Below are positions 54,810 to 64,000 of a stretch of DNA of 64,000 bases, piece by piece. The DNA comes from Escherichia phage RB32. Each line of letters opens with the position of its first letter. Position 1 is the stretch's first letter. The notes beneath the pieces were generated by a model. The model was not told where the DNA came from and made no database searches. It saw only the letters and a program-made list of their open reading frames with translations. The position numbers were made by a program, and so were the translations under genes. The stretch is taken from the sequence record NC_008515.1, one strand, 5' to 3'.

Positions 54810-55925
54810 ATGGAAAAATTTATGGCAGAGTTTGGACAAGGATATGTCCAAACGCCATTTTTATCGGAAAGCAATTCAGTAAGATATAAAATAAGCATAG
54901 CGGGTTCTTGCCCGCTTTCTACTGCGGGGCCATATGTTAAATTTCAGGATAATCCCGTTGGAAATCAAACATTTAGTGCAGGTCTTCATTTAAGAGTTTT
55001 TGACCCTTCTACAGGAGCATTAGTTGATAGTAAGTCATATGCTTTTTCTGCTTCAAACAATACAACATCTACCGCTTTTGTCAGTTTCATGAATTCTTTG
55101 TCAAACAATAGACTTGTTGCTATATTAACTAGCGGAAAGGTTAATTTTCCTCCTGAAGTGGTATCTTGGTTAAGGGGAGCAGGAACTTCAGTTTTCCCAT
55201 CAGATTCAGTATTGTCAAGATTTGACGTGTCATATGCTGCTTTTTACACTTCTTCTAAAAGAGCTATCGCATTAGAGCATGTTAAACTAAGTAATAGAAA
55301 AAGCACAGATGACTATCAAACTATGTTAGATGTTGTATTTGATAGTTTAGAAGACGTCGGAGCTACAGGATTTCCTAAAAGAACATACGAAAGCGTTGAG
55401 CAATTTATGTCTGCGGTTGGTGGAACTAATAACGAAATTGCGCGATTGCCAACTTCAGCTGCTATAAGTAAACTTTCTGACTACAATTTAATTCCTGGTG
55501 ATGTTCTTTATCTTAAAGCACAACTATATGCTGATGCTGATTTACTTGATCTTGGAACTGCAAATATATCTATTCGTTTTTATGATGCATCAAATGGATA
55601 TATTTCCTCGACCCAAGCTGAGTTTACTGGGCAAGCTGGGTCTTGGGAATTAAAAGAAGATTATGTAGTTGTTCCTGAAAATGCAGTAGGATTTACGATA
55701 TATGCACAAAGAACTGCCCAAGCAGGTCAAGGCGGCATGAGAAATTTAAGCTTTTCTGAAGTATCAAGAAATGGCGGAATTTCGAAACCTGCTGAATTTG
55801 GTGTCAATGGTATTCGTGTTAATTATATCGGTGAATCCTCTTCACCTCCAGATATAATGGTACTTCCTACACAGGCATCGTCTAAAACTGGTAAAGTGTT
55901 TGGACAGGAATTTAGAGAAGTTTAA
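54810..55925 (+). CDS. 35: Long tail fiber hinge connector gp35
   Basis: 371 aa; synteny. Confidence 0.9.
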   Translation: MEKFMAEFGQGYVQTPFLSESNSVRYKISIAGSCPLSTAGPYVKFQDNPVGNQTFSAGLHLRVFDPSTGALVDSKSYAFSASNNTTSTAFVSFMNSLSNNRLVAILTSGKVNFPPEVVSWLRGAGTSVFPSDSVLSRFDVSYAAFYTSSKRAIALEHVKLSNRKSTDDYQTMLDVVFDSLEDVGATGFPKRTYESVEQFMSAVGGTNNEIARLPTSAAISKLSDYNLIPGDVLYLKAQLYADADLLDLGTANISIRFYDASNGYISSTQAEFTGQAGSWELKEDYVVVPENAVGFTIYAQRTAQAGQGGMRNLSFSEVSRNGGISKPAEFGVNGIRVNYIGESSSPPDIMVLPTQASSKTGKVFGQEFREV

Positions 55926-55931
55926 ACTGAG

Positions 55932-55954
55932 GGAGCCTTCGGGTTCCTTTTTTC
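55932..55954 (+). terminator. Terminator hairpin (GGAGCC-TTCG-GGTTCC with one G-U pair) plus T7 after gene 35
   Basis: Stem-loop and T-run seen directly. Confidence 0.55.
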
Positions 55955-55956
55955 TT

Positions 55957-55964
55957 TATAAATA
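55957..55964 (+). promoter_or_regulatory. Late promoter TATAAATA upstream of gene 36
   Basis: Exact TATAAATA 24 nt upstream of the ATG. Confidence 0.55.
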
Positions 55965-55987
55965 ATATTAAAATAAAGGGGCATACA

Positions 55988-56638
55988 ATGGCTGATTTAA
56001 AAGTAGGTTCAACTGTAGGTGGATCTGTCATTTGGCATCAAGGAAATTTTCCATTGAATTCAGCCGGTGACGATGTACTCTACAAATCATTTAAAATATA
56101 TTCAGAATATAATAAACCGCAGGCAGCTGATAACGATTTCGTTTCTAAAGCTAATGGTGGTACTTACGCCGGTCCAATTACTATTAATTACGGGGTAAAT
56201 AGTTATCTTCAATTAAGTAATAATGAAACCCCTATCCGAATTCGTTCTGGTGGCGGCACTGGTAATACTCTTGTAGTTGGCGGCTCTTCCGGCGGTATTA
56301 GTTTTAGACCTGCAGGTAGTGAAATCACTACTGGACAAATTACTATTACGCCAGAAGGTTTGACAACATTTACCAGGGCTGTAACGGCTCCATCGGTAAC
56401 TGTTACATCTACTCCTTCCGCAGCATCTGATGTTACTCGCAAAGATTATGTTGATGGAGCAATAAATACTGTTACAGCAAATGCAAACTCTAGGGTATTA
56501 CGCTCTGGAGACACTATGACAGGAAATTTAACTGCGCCAAACCTTTTTTCACAGAATCCTGCATCTCAACCTTCACACGTTCCACGATTTGACCAAATCG
56601 TAATTAAGGATTCTGTTCAAGATTTCGGCTATTATTAA
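55988..56638 (+). CDS. 36: Long tail fiber distal connector gp36
   Basis: 216 aa; synteny. Confidence 0.9.
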   Translation: MADLKVGSTVGGSVIWHQGNFPLNSAGDDVLYKSFKIYSEYNKPQAADNDFVSKANGGTYAGPITINYGVNSYLQLSNNETPIRIRSGGGTGNTLVVGGSSGGISFRPAGSEITTGQITITPEGLTTFTRAVTAPSVTVTSTPSAASDVTRKDYVDGAINTVTANANSRVLRSGDTMTGNLTAPNLFSQNPASQPSHVPRFDQIVIKDSVQDFGYY

Positions 56639-56646
56639 GAGGACTT

Positions 56647-59600
56647 ATGGCTACTTTAAAACAAATACAATTTAAAAGAAGCAAAATTGCAGGTCAACGT
56701 CCTGCAGCTTCAGTATTAGCCGAAGGTGAATTGGCTATAAACTTAAAAGATAAAACAATTTTCACAAAAGATGACTCAGGTAGTGTTATAGAATTAGGTT
56801 TAAAATATGGAGGAACTATAAATGGATCTTTAGAGGTTACAGAAAATATAACTGGAACTTTAATTGGAAATTCTAGTACAGCTACTAAATTGCAAACATC
56901 TAGGAAAATTAATGGTATATCTTTTGATGGATCAAAGGACATTACACTAACTCCATCTGATATAAATGTAAATAGTACAACATTTATAAAAAATAACGGC
57001 GAATTACCCGTTGATGCTAATTTAGATACATACGGGCCCATTGAAGAATATCTTGGTGTTTGGTCGAAATCTACTTCAACAAATGCGCAACCAGCAAATA
57101 AATTCCCAGAAGAAAATGCCGTAGGTGTACTAGAAGTATTTGTGGCCGGCCAATTTGCTGGCACTCAGCGTTATACTGTAAGATCTGGTAACGTCTATAT
57201 TCGTTCCTTATCTGCTAAATGGAATGGCGTCGATGGTCCATGGGGTGTGTGGCGTAATGTTCAAGCGTCAACTCGTCCACTTTCACAAACGATTGACCTT
57301 GATAGCTTGGGAGAATTAGAACATTGTGGCTTATGGAGAAACAGTTCAAGCGCAATCGCATCATTTGATCGCCATTATCCAGAAGAAGGATCAGCCGCAC
57401 AAGGATTTTTAGAAATATTTGAAGGTGGTTTATACACGAGAACGCAGCGATATACTACCCGCATGGGTATGGTTTATACTCGTTGTCTCGCTGCCGCATG
57501 GGATGCTAGTGCACCTAAGTGGGAGGAATGGAAGCAGGTTGGTCATGGCACACCAGCGACTTTCTATGACGGAGATCTGAATGATTTTAAAACTCCTGGG
57601 TTATATAATATTTTAGGCACTGATGCCGTTATTAACTGTCCTACCGGTGAAGGTTTGCCGACTGTTATTGTTGGTTTGCTGGAAGTTAAACAGCGTGCTT
57701 CTGGCGGTGCTATTTTCCAAAAATTTACTACTGCCGGAACGGGTGCAACTACTCGCGATCGTATTTTTGAGCGTGCATATACTGGTGGTGTGTGGGGTGC
57801 ATGGAACGAAGTATATACATCTTATTCTCTGCCAATTACTTTGGGTATGGGTGGTGTTAAAGCTCAATTAGCGGAGCTAGATTGGAACACATTTGATTTT
57901 GTTCCTGGCAGTATGTTTAGCGTTCCTTTGAACAAAATAAAGAACATGCCAGCAAATATGGATTGGGGTACGATTGACGGAAACTTGATCATGTTTTCCG
58001 TTGGACCAAGCGAGGGTGACGGAACAGGTCGAACAATTCAATTATGGCGTGGAAGAGCAACACAATCAGACTATCGTTATTTTGTTGTTCGTATTACTGG
58101 ACCTTTGACGAATAGAACTTGTACAGCTCGACGCGTTGTTCTTGAAGATGGTCGCCACACATGGACAGCTCAACAAGATTTTAATGGCGCAGTTAACTTC
58201 GGTGCTCCTACCAATTTTAACTCTACTGTTAATCTTAATAACACTACCACTTTTAAAACAGCAGTTAAATTCCGCTCATCTAATGCATTCCGTATGTATG
58301 CCGGAAAATTTGGTACAATTTTCCGTAATGATGGAGAGAGTCTTTATATTCTTTCCACCGACGAAGATGATCAAGATGGAAACTTTAATACAAATAGACC
58401 TTTCCGTTATGAATTAAGAACTGGTGATGTTACTTTGGGTGGTGCTGTTGGTGCTAACGTTTTAAAATTAAAACGTGATTCTCTCACCGCATTTTTTGGC
58501 GGTGATATTAACATGAAAGGCACGATGACTTTTGACGCCGGACGTTTAGGATCACGAGATTATTTTAAATTTAACCATTGGGGTGATAGCAATAACGCTC
58601 GTGATAACATCATCCAGTTAGAAGATAGCCAAGGCGCCCATTTTTCCACTGAACGTACTTTAGCGACAGGTGCAATTAAAACTCGTTTCTTTGGCGAAAC
58701 ATTCACTGATGGTACATTATACCTAAATCAGATGAATAATAGCTCTGAACGATTCTCTATCAACAATTGGGGAAATTCAGAAGTTGGTCGCGCGGCAGTA
58801 TTGGAAGTCGGCGATTCAAAAGGTTATCACTTCTATGCTGAACGCAGGACAGATAACAGTTTGATGTTTGATGTTGCTGGTTCTTTGATCGTGCATGGAC
58901 CTAGCGGAATAACCATCAAAAACTCAACTGGTGCACGACATATCTGGTTTAGAGATGATAGCGATGCAGAAAAGGCTGTTATCTGGGCTACAGATGAGGG
59001 TATTTTACATATTCGCAATAATCATGGGGGTTCATTTAGTCATCACTTCCAGGGTGCAATGATTAAAGCGGGAGAGCGTGTTCCATATAGTGGTGAATAC
59101 GCTCTTATCCGTGGTAATATTTCCGGTGGTGCATGGGTAGACTGGCGAGATCGTCCGGCTGGATTGTTGGTAGACTGTCAGGACTCACGAAATCAAGCAT
59201 ATAGCATTTGGAAAGCTACTCATTGGGGCGAACAGCACCTTGCGGCGATGGGTGTTCATGCTGGCGGTGGTAATCCTCAGGTTGTATTGCATGTGGGTGG
59301 GAGTGATTATGCATTTGCATTTAACGGTGATTTTACTGCTGGTGCTGCTGTATATTGTAACGACGTTTATATTCGTTCTGACCGTCGTCTGAAAATTAAT
59401 GTTGAAGACTACGAAGAGAATGCGGTGGATAAGGTAAATAAACTCAAAGTTAAAACCTATGATAAAGTTAAATCTCTTTCTGACCGCGAAGTTATCGGCC
59501 ATGAGATTGGTATTATCGCACAGGATTTGCAAGAAGTATTACCGGAAGCTGTTAGCACTTCTAGTGTCGGATCTCAGGATAACCCAGAAGAAATTTTAAC

Positions 59601-59730
59601 AATTTCTAACTCTGCTGTGAACGCGCTTTTAATTAAGGCTATCCAAGAAATGAGCGAAGAAATTAAAGAATTAAAAACGCCTTTCTTCACTAAAATTGCT
59701 CGCAAAATTAGTAATTATTTTAAATTCTAA
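56647..59730 (+). CDS. 37: Long tail fiber distal subunit gp37 with C-terminal intramolecular chaperone domain (T2 type)
   Basis: 1027 aa; N-terminus [16 protein letters not shown]; C-terminal ~110 aa ([14 protein letters not shown]...) resembles self-cleaving chaperone domains of tail fibers. Confidence 0.92.
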   Translation: MATLKQIQFKRSKIAGQRPAASVLAEGELAINLKDKTIFTKDDSGSVIELGLKYGGTINGSLEVTENITGTLIGNSSTATKLQTSRKINGISFDGSKDITLTPSDINVNSTTFIKNNGELPVDANLDTYGPIEEYLGVWSKSTSTNAQPANKFPEENAVGVLEVFVAGQFAGTQRYTVRSGNVYIRSLSAKWNGVDGPWGVWRNVQASTRPLSQTIDLDSLGELEHCGLWRNSSSAIASFDRHYPEEGSAAQGFLEIFEGGLYTRTQRYTTRMGMVYTRCLAAAWDASAPKWEEWKQVGHGTPATFYDGDLNDFKTPGLYNILGTDAVINCPTGEGLPTVIVGLLEVKQRASGGAIFQKFTTAGTGATTRDRIFERAYTGGVWGAWNEVYTSYSLPITLGMGGVKAQLAELDWNTFDFVPGSMFSVPLNKIKNMPANMDWGTIDGNLIMFSVGPSEGDGTGRTIQLWRGRATQSDYRYFVVRITGPLTNRTCTARRVVLEDGRHTWTAQQDFNGAVNFGAPTNFNSTVNLNNTTTFKTAVKFRSSNAFRMYAGKFGTIFRNDGESLYILSTDEDDQDGNFNTNRPFRYELRTGDVTLGGAVGANVLKLKRDSLTAFFGGDINMKGTMTFDAGRLGSRDYFKFNHWGDSNNARDNIIQLEDSQGAHFSTERTLATGAIKTRFFGETFTDGTLYLNQMNNSSERFSINNWGNSEVGRAAVLEVGDSKGYHFYAERRTDNSLMFDVAGSLIVHGPSGITIKNSTGARHIWFRDDSDAEKAVIWATDEGILHIRNNHGGSFSHHFQGAMIKAGERVPYSGEYALIRGNISGGAWVDWRDRPAGLLVDCQDSRNQAYSIWKATHWGEQHLAAMGVHAGGGNPQVVLHVGGSDYAFAFNGDFTAGAAVYCNDVYIRSDRRLKINVEDYEENAVDKVNKLKVKTYDKVKSLSDREVIGHEIGIIAQDLQEVLPEAVSTSSVGSQDNPEEILTISNSAVNALLIKAIQEMSEEIKELKTPFFTKIARKISNYFKF

Positions 59731-59736
59731 CAACAA

Positions 59737-59752
59737 GGGGCTTTGCCCCTTT
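59737..59752 (+). terminator. Hairpin GGGGC-TTT-GCCCC after gene 37, merging into the gene 38 SD
   Basis: Stem-loop then TTTGGAGAAAATT-ATG; same architecture as the uvsW/uvsW.1 junction. Confidence 0.45.
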
Positions 59753-59762
59753 GGAGAAAATT

Positions 59763-60563
59763 ATGGCAGTAGTTGGAGTTCCTGGCTGGATTGGAAGTTC
59801 AGCCGTAAATGAAACGGGTCAGCGCTGGATGAGTCAAGCAGCTGGTCAATTAAGATTGGGTGTTCCTTGCTGGATGAGTCAATTTGCAGGTCGCTCAAGA
59901 GAAATTATTCATACACTTGGAGCGGACCATAACTTTAATGGTCAATGGTTCCGAGATAGATGTTTTGAGGCAGGTAGTGCACCTATAGTGTTTAATATTA
60001 CCGGAAATTTGGTATCATATTCTAGAGACGTTCCTTTATTCTTCATGTACGGAGATACACCTAATGAATATGTTCAGTTGAATATTGGTGGCGGCGTCCA
60101 TATGTGGGGTAGAGGTGGACAAGGTGGATGGACTCATTCCGGCGGAGATGGTAATGGTCAACAAGGTGGTCATTGTATTCAAAATGACATCGGTGGACGA
60201 TTAAGAATTAATAACGGTGGAGTAATTTGTGGTGGAGGTGGAGGTGGAGGTGGTATCGCTTATCGTCCTCACTCTGGTGCAAAATGGCAAGATATTGGTG
60301 GTGGTGGAGGAAGACCATTTGGCCCAGGAGGAGGCGGAGGTTATTCCGGCGGCGCAGCTTCTTATGATGGCCCAGGAGGTGGTTATAATTATGGTAATGC
60401 TCACTCTGGCCAGGGTGGTGATGCTGGCGCAAATGGACAAAATGCCTGGCATGATGGCGGTAAAGTTCTAAAAGTTGGAGCTGGTGGCGCTGCCGGATAT
60501 GCTGTTATAGGATCAGCTCCAACATGGCAAAATGTTGGAGTAATATATGGTCCAAGGGTATAA
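59763..60563 (+). CDS. 38: gp38 receptor-binding adhesin (T2/T6 type, glycine-rich motifs)
   Basis: ORF track starts at TTG 59751; ATG at 59763 gives 266 aa starting [19 protein letters not shown]; poly-Gly motifs separate variable segments. Confidence 0.9.
   Translation: MAVVGVPGWIGSSAVNETGQRWMSQAAGQLRLGVPCWMSQFAGRSREIIHTLGADHNFNGQWFRDRCFEAGSAPIVFNITGNLVSYSRDVPLFFMYGDTPNEYVQLNIGGGVHMWGRGGQGGWTHSGGDGNGQQGGHCIQNDIGGRLRINNGGVICGGGGGGGGIAYRPHSGAKWQDIGGGGGRPFGPGGGGGYSGGAASYDGPGGGYNYGNAHSGQGGDAGANGQNAWHDGGKVLKVGAGGAAGYAVIGSAPTWQNVGVIYGPRV
60229..60342 (+). repeat. Glycine codon tracts (GGT/GGA/GGC runs) encoding the gp38 glycine-rich motifs
   Basis: Runs at about 60231-60254, 60297-60312 and 60323-60340; they generate the spurious antisense/alternate-frame ORFs in the track. 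Confidence 0.75.
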
Positions 60564-60594
60564 TTTTGAATAAATATCCTTAAAAGGAGGGTCT

Positions 60595-61251
60595 ATGGCA
60601 GCACCTAGAATATCATTTTCGCCCTCTGATATTCTATTTGGTGTTCTAGATCGCTTGTTCAAAGATAACGCTACCGGGAAAGTTCTTGCTTCCCGGGTAG
60701 CTGTCGTAATTCTTTTGTTTATGATGGCGATTGTTTGGTATAGGGGAGATAGTTTCTTTGAGTACTATAAGCAATCAAAGTATGAAACATACAGTGAAAT
60801 TATTGAAAAGGAAAGAAATGCACGCTTTGAATCTGTCGCCCTGGAACAACTCCAGATAGTTCACATATCATCTGAGGCAGACTTTAGTGCGGTGTATTCT
60901 TTCCGCCCTAAAAACTTAAACTATTTTGTTGATATTATAGCATATGAAGGAAAATTACCTTCAACAATAAGTGAAAAATCACTTGGAGGATATCCTGTTG
61001 ATAAAACTATGGATGAATATGCAGTTCATTTAAATGGACGTCATTATTATTCCAACTCAAAATTTGCTTTTTTACCAACTAAAAAGCCTACTCCCGAAAT
61101 AAACTACATGTACAGTTGTCCATATTTTAATTTGGATAATATCTATGCTGGAACAATAACCATGTACTGGTATAGAAATGATCATATAAGTAATGACCGC
61201 CTTGAATCAATATGTGCTCAGGCGGCCAGAATATTAGGAAGGGCTAAATAA
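60595..61251 (+). CDS. t: Holin T
   Basis: 218 aa; recognised T4 holin sequence with one N-terminal TMD and large periplasmic domain. Confidence 0.95.
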   Translation: MAAPRISFSPSDILFGVLDRLFKDNATGKVLASRVAVVILLFMMAIVWYRGDSFFEYYKQSKYETYSEIIEKERNARFESVALEQLQIVHISSEADFSAVYSFRPKNLNYFVDIIAYEGKLPSTISEKSLGGYPVDKTMDEYAVHLNGRHYYSNSKFAFLPTKKPTPEINYMYSCPYFNLDNIYAGTITMYWYRNDHISNDRLESICAQAARILGRAK

Positions 61252-61524
61252 TTATTTGTTTGTATACATTTCTAAATATCTATATACACCCTCAAAACCC
61301 TCGTTGAATTCGTCGATGAGGGTTTTCTTATCTTCTTGAGTTAATTCAGAAACAATTTTACGGAATGAATTCTGATTTAATTTTCTACCTTCATGTGTTA
61401 CTCCAATCTCATTCAGAAATGCAATAAAATTAGCACGATTCTCAACAATATCTTCTCTGGAAAATTTAATCAAAATAGACGCAACAGTAATAATTTCACG
61501 AACTGTATCAATGTTTTTATTCAT
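61252..61524 (-). CDS. asiA: AsiA anti-sigma70 factor
   Basis: 90 aa; recognised sequence MNKNIDTVREIITVASILIKFSRED. Confidence 0.95.
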   Translation of the reverse strand: MNKNIDTVREIITVASILIKFSREDIVENRANFIAFLNEIGVTHEGRKLNQNSFRKIVSELTQEDKKTLIDEFNEGFEGVYRYLEMYTNK

Positions 61525-61536
61525 TAACTATACCAC

Positions 61537-61689
61537 TCAATTAGTTGACTTTGTTATAATATCATCAGACGCTTGATTTGTAAACTGGTCTGTGCTATTT
61601 TCTTCAAAAATTTTTTCTACGAATTCCTTGAACGACTCGCGTTCCTGAGCTGCATTATGCTCGATTACCTTTTCAAGATTATGACTCAT
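61537..61689 (-). CDS. Small acidic ORF (50 aa) between arn and asiA; not in the ORF track
   Basis: Hand translation MSHNLEKVIEHNAAQERESFKEFVEKIFEENSTDQFTNQASDDIITKSTN; ATGA overlap with the arn stop. Confidence 0.45.
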   Translation of the reverse strand: MSHNLEKVIEHNAAQERESFKEFVEKIFEENSTDQFTNQASDDIITKSTN

Positions 61690-61964
61690 TCGAAATAATC
61701 TTCAATTTCGTAATCATGGACATAAATCATTATAGTTTTTAATATATCATCAATACTTTTTCCTGGAGCTGGAATTACGTAGAAATATCCTGCTTTTGAG
61801 AGGTCTTTATAAGTTCCAACCAAGAAATCATTATTCTCGAGATGTAGTTCTTCAACTAATTCATTGACAATTGAGTGATATAGATTTGGTAGAAACTTAT
61901 ATAGCTTTTCTAGAATATCAATTTTGATTGTATATTGAACCACAGATTGAGAATCAATAATCAT
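61686..61964 (-). CDS. arn: Arn anti-restriction nuclease (McrBC inhibitor)
   Basis: 92 aa acidic protein; recognised T4 Arn sequence. Confidence 0.85.
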   Translation of the reverse strand: MIIDSQSVVQYTIKIDILEKLYKFLPNLYHSIVNELVEELHLENNDFLVGTYKDLSKAGYFYVIPAPGKSIDDILKTIMIYVHDYEIEDYFE

Positions 61965-62073
61965 AGACCTTCCCCTTATGTTTCTGTTTGCGATTAGATT
62001 CTTTAAACGCTTTCTTCTTATCTTTATGGACAGAAGCTTTATTAAAATTATGTTTTGCGACTAAATTGTTCAT
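61954..62073 (-). CDS. Possible small lysine-rich ORF (39 aa) overlapping the arn start; not in the ORF track
   Basis: Hand translation MNNLVAKHNFNKASVHKDKKKAFKESNRKQKHKGKVYDY; overlaps the 72-aa ORF in another frame, so only one may be real. Confidence 0.3.
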   Translation of the reverse strand: MNNLVAKHNFNKASVHKDKKKAFKESNRKQKHKGKVYDY

Positions 62074-62266
62074 AATGCTGAATTACCTCTCTTAAACATT
62101 TGCATGTGAATGAAAACTTTTTAGCTACACCACATTCAAATATGTGTTCTCTTAAATCGCGTGTATCAGTATATCCCATCTCAACAATAAAATGTCGTAT
62201 TAGATTTTTATCTTTATCGTTTAGAGAATTAAAATAATCAGATTTTGAATTAATTTCCCTGGCCAA
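62048..62266 (-). CDS. Hypothetical protein (arn.x cluster)
   Basis: 72 aa ORF. Confidence 0.5.
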   Translation of the reverse strand: MAREINSKSDYFNSLNDKDKNLIRHFIVEMGYTDTRDLREHIFECGVAKKFSFTCKCLREVIQHYEQFSRKT

Positions 62267-62546
62267 ATTGAATCACCTTCAGTTGACGTTTTAACTCTTT
62301 TATCATTTCTTCGTTCATCGCAATATAAAGATCGCGTAAAGCAGGTTTTAGCATTCCATTTACCGGAGAACTAAATGGACATACATAATCTTTTCCTACG
62401 AGCTTTTTGGCGAATTCCATATCGCAGAACTTAAATCCCGGCTCATTGGTATAAATTCCCCAATTAGTTGACATCATTTTATTGGCATATTCCAATGCCT
62501 GGATTTGATTAGTAATTCCATCAATTTGAAACTTTTTAATATTCAT
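62250..62546 (-). CDS. Hypothetical protein (arn.x cluster)
   Basis: 98 aa ORF. Confidence 0.55.
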   Translation of the reverse strand: MNIKKFQIDGITNQIQALEYANKMMSTNWGIYTNEPGFKFCDMEFAKKLVGKDYVCPFSSPVNGMLKPALRDLYIAMNEEMIKELKRQLKVIQFGQGN

Positions 62547-63013
62547 TAGTAAAGGTCCTCAGAGTAAAGTTCTTTTTCACTACCACCACGTTCAATACGT
62601 ACTTGTCCAGCGTAAGTTGCAATAATCATTGCTTCTTCACGTGTCCAATAATTACTATATTGATCAATAAACCCTTGGTCATCATCACAAACATGGTCTG
62701 ATACAAGTTTATCACTTACCTGGTCAAGAACTTCAGCCATATCTTTAGAATAATGACGAGCACCAGGAATAACCAGAGTCCCACCATCTTTTAACTTAAA
62801 GCGGTTGGCTGCACACACAATTCGACGTTGATATTTTTCATTATTGTTCCAATGAGCTACTTGCCAACAGATTTCAGGAACCTCTTCTAAAACATCCTCT
62901 TCCGTATATTCGGTGTAGTCGCCATAGGCCTGTAATTTAGCTGCTAGACTTTCTGGAGTTTCACGTAATAAAGCCAGGTCTAATAATTCAAGACGCTCTT
63001 TGAAGGTTTTCAT
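62546..63013 (-). CDS. Hypothetical protein, 155 aa (arn.x cluster)
   Basis: ORF with ATGA coupling at both ends; no motif recognised confidently. Confidence 0.6.
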   Translation of the reverse strand: MKTFKERLELLDLALLRETPESLAAKLQAYGDYTEYTEEDVLEEVPEICWQVAHWNNNEKYQRRIVCAANRFKLKDGGTLVIPGARHYSKDMAEVLDQVSDKLVSDHVCDDDQGFIDQYSNYWTREEAMIIATYAGQVRIERGGSEKELYSEDLY

Positions 63014-63165
63014 TTGGTTTCCTCAACACTTTTAATTTTTATAGCTTGTTTAGAACTTTCAAAGCATTGACAATATACTCTTACCGCATCAAACTGGTTG
63101 GCCGCTTTAAGATGGACTACACCTTCGCCGTTATAAAATTCTACGACAATTTTAAATGTTTTCAT
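63010..63165 (-). CDS. Small ORF (51 aa) linking two neighbours by ATGA overlaps; not in the ORF track
   Basis: Hand translation [51 protein letters not shown]; ATGA overlaps at both ends. Confidence 0.5.
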   Translation of the reverse strand: MKTFKIVVEFYNGEGVVHLKAANQFDAVRVYCQCFESSKQAIKIKSVEETK

Positions 63166-63491
63166 TTAAACCATCCTTTAATACGTTGCCATAAAGTTTT
63201 CTGTTGAGCTTTGTTAACACCAATTGAGCGAATAACTGGTTGAGATTCATGGAATTCTTTATAATCAGCAAGGTAAATTTCGTAAGCTGAATCCATAAAG
63301 GAACTTATAGCTGCCATGAAATTATTGCGAATACCTACTGGAGCATCTTTACTTTCACGAATAATCATGTATTTACCAGTCTTAATCTTTACAATAGTTC
63401 CAAGATAAGCTCCATGGTACCAAATATCCCAACCCTCTTGAGTAGGTTCTGCACAACGACGAAGTTCATTAACAATTTCTAACTTGTTCAT
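63162..63491 (-). CDS. Hypothetical protein (arn.x cluster)
   Basis: 109 aa ORF. Confidence 0.55.
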   Translation of the reverse strand: MNKLEIVNELRRCAEPTQEGWDIWYHGAYLGTIVKIKTGKYMIIRESKDAPVGIRNNFMAAISSFMDSAYEIYLADYKEFHESQPVIRSIGVNKAQQKTLWQRIKGWFK

Positions 63492-63501
63492 TATTTATTC
63501 C

Positions 63502-64000
63502 TCACAGTTCAGATGCTACAGCGATTACTGCTTCAATGTTTTCTGCCGAGCGTTTAATGTCAAGATACACATTACCGTTTTTAGCGATTTTACATGACAT
63601 TCCGATGTCAGTAAATTTCTGAATATGATGTTCCATCATTTTGTATCCAAAAATTCGCATATTTCCATTGTTGTTAATTTCAAAATTGCGAATTCCGTGA
63701 GTGCGTTTTTCTAAAATAGCGAGATAATTACTACGATAAGTTTCAACCTTTTTAAGAACAAATCCATTTTCATCTAAAAGTTTTAACATGAGGTCTTTAT
63801 CTTCTTCCATATCGGAAGTAATCTCGCGAGCTTTACGAGTTGCTCGTTTTTTCAGCAGTTCAGGAGCATTTTCTTGTGCGTATAAAGTTGCTGCATTTGA
63901 AATAATATCCTGAGCTTCACCAGTAATGATTAATCCATCACCAGATTTCTCCACCAGGCCTTTTTTAATCAATACCCCAATATTACTATTAACTACTGCG
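63502..64000 (-). CDS. motA: MotA middle-transcription activator, 3' portion (5' end lies beyond the window)
   Basis: Translated segment matches the T4 MotA C-terminal region (…GVLIKKGLVEKSGDGLIITGEAQDIISNAATLYAQENAPELLKKRATRKAREITSDMEEDK…); frame stays open to the window edge. Confidence 0.9.
   Translation of the reverse strand, partial: AVVNSNIGVLIKKGLVEKSGDGLIITGEAQDIISNAATLYAQENAPELLKKRATRKAREITSDMEEDKDLMLKLLDENGFVLKKVETYRSNYLAILEKRTHGIRNFEINNNGNMRIFGYKMMEHHIQKFTDIGMSCKIAKNGNVYLDIKRSAENIEAVIAVASEL

Noticed and set aside
60201-60471. Three overlapping ORFs (83, 74 and 80 aa) in alternate and antisense frames of gene 38
   Set aside because: All are generated by the GGT/GGA glycine-codon repeats of the gp38 adhesin (His/Leu- or Thr/Ser-rich translations); the gp38 frame is the one with a recognisable protein.

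Overview
This window is a contiguous ~64 kb segment of a T-even (T4-like, Tequatrovirus-type) myovirus genome, in the same orientation as the T4 reference. I recognise most proteins from memory of T4; no searches were run. It is mostly well-described biology, and I do not see a clearly new multi-gene system; the strongest leads are accessory single genes. Late structural genes sit on the + strand (18-19-20-67-68-21-22-23-24; uvsW; 51-27-28-29-48-54; 34-35-36-37-38-t). Early/middle blocks sit on the - strand (rnlB-hoc-inh; uvsY-25-26; alt region-30-30.x-rIII-31-cd-pseT-spanins-alc-rnlA-denA-nrdB-nrdA-td-frd-32-59-33-dsbA-rnh; asiA-arn-motA, with motA running off the window end). It is not T4 itself and looks T2-like: td and nrdB are uninterrupted (no group I introns), no seg or homing-endonuclease genes are visible, gp38 is the Gly-rich adhesin type, and gp37 ends in an intramolecular-chaperone domain. 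Leads worth a second look: an extra ORF between frd and td, a tandem Alt ADP-ribosyltransferase paralogue, a NADAR-like 30.3 protein, a 54-bp perfect direct repeat carrying an early promoter, and several small ATGA-coupled ORFs missing from the ORF track. No bacterial genes, CRISPR arrays, tRNAs or IS elements were seen. ORF-track starts that use TTG/GTG were moved to the in-frame ATG where the sequence supports it.
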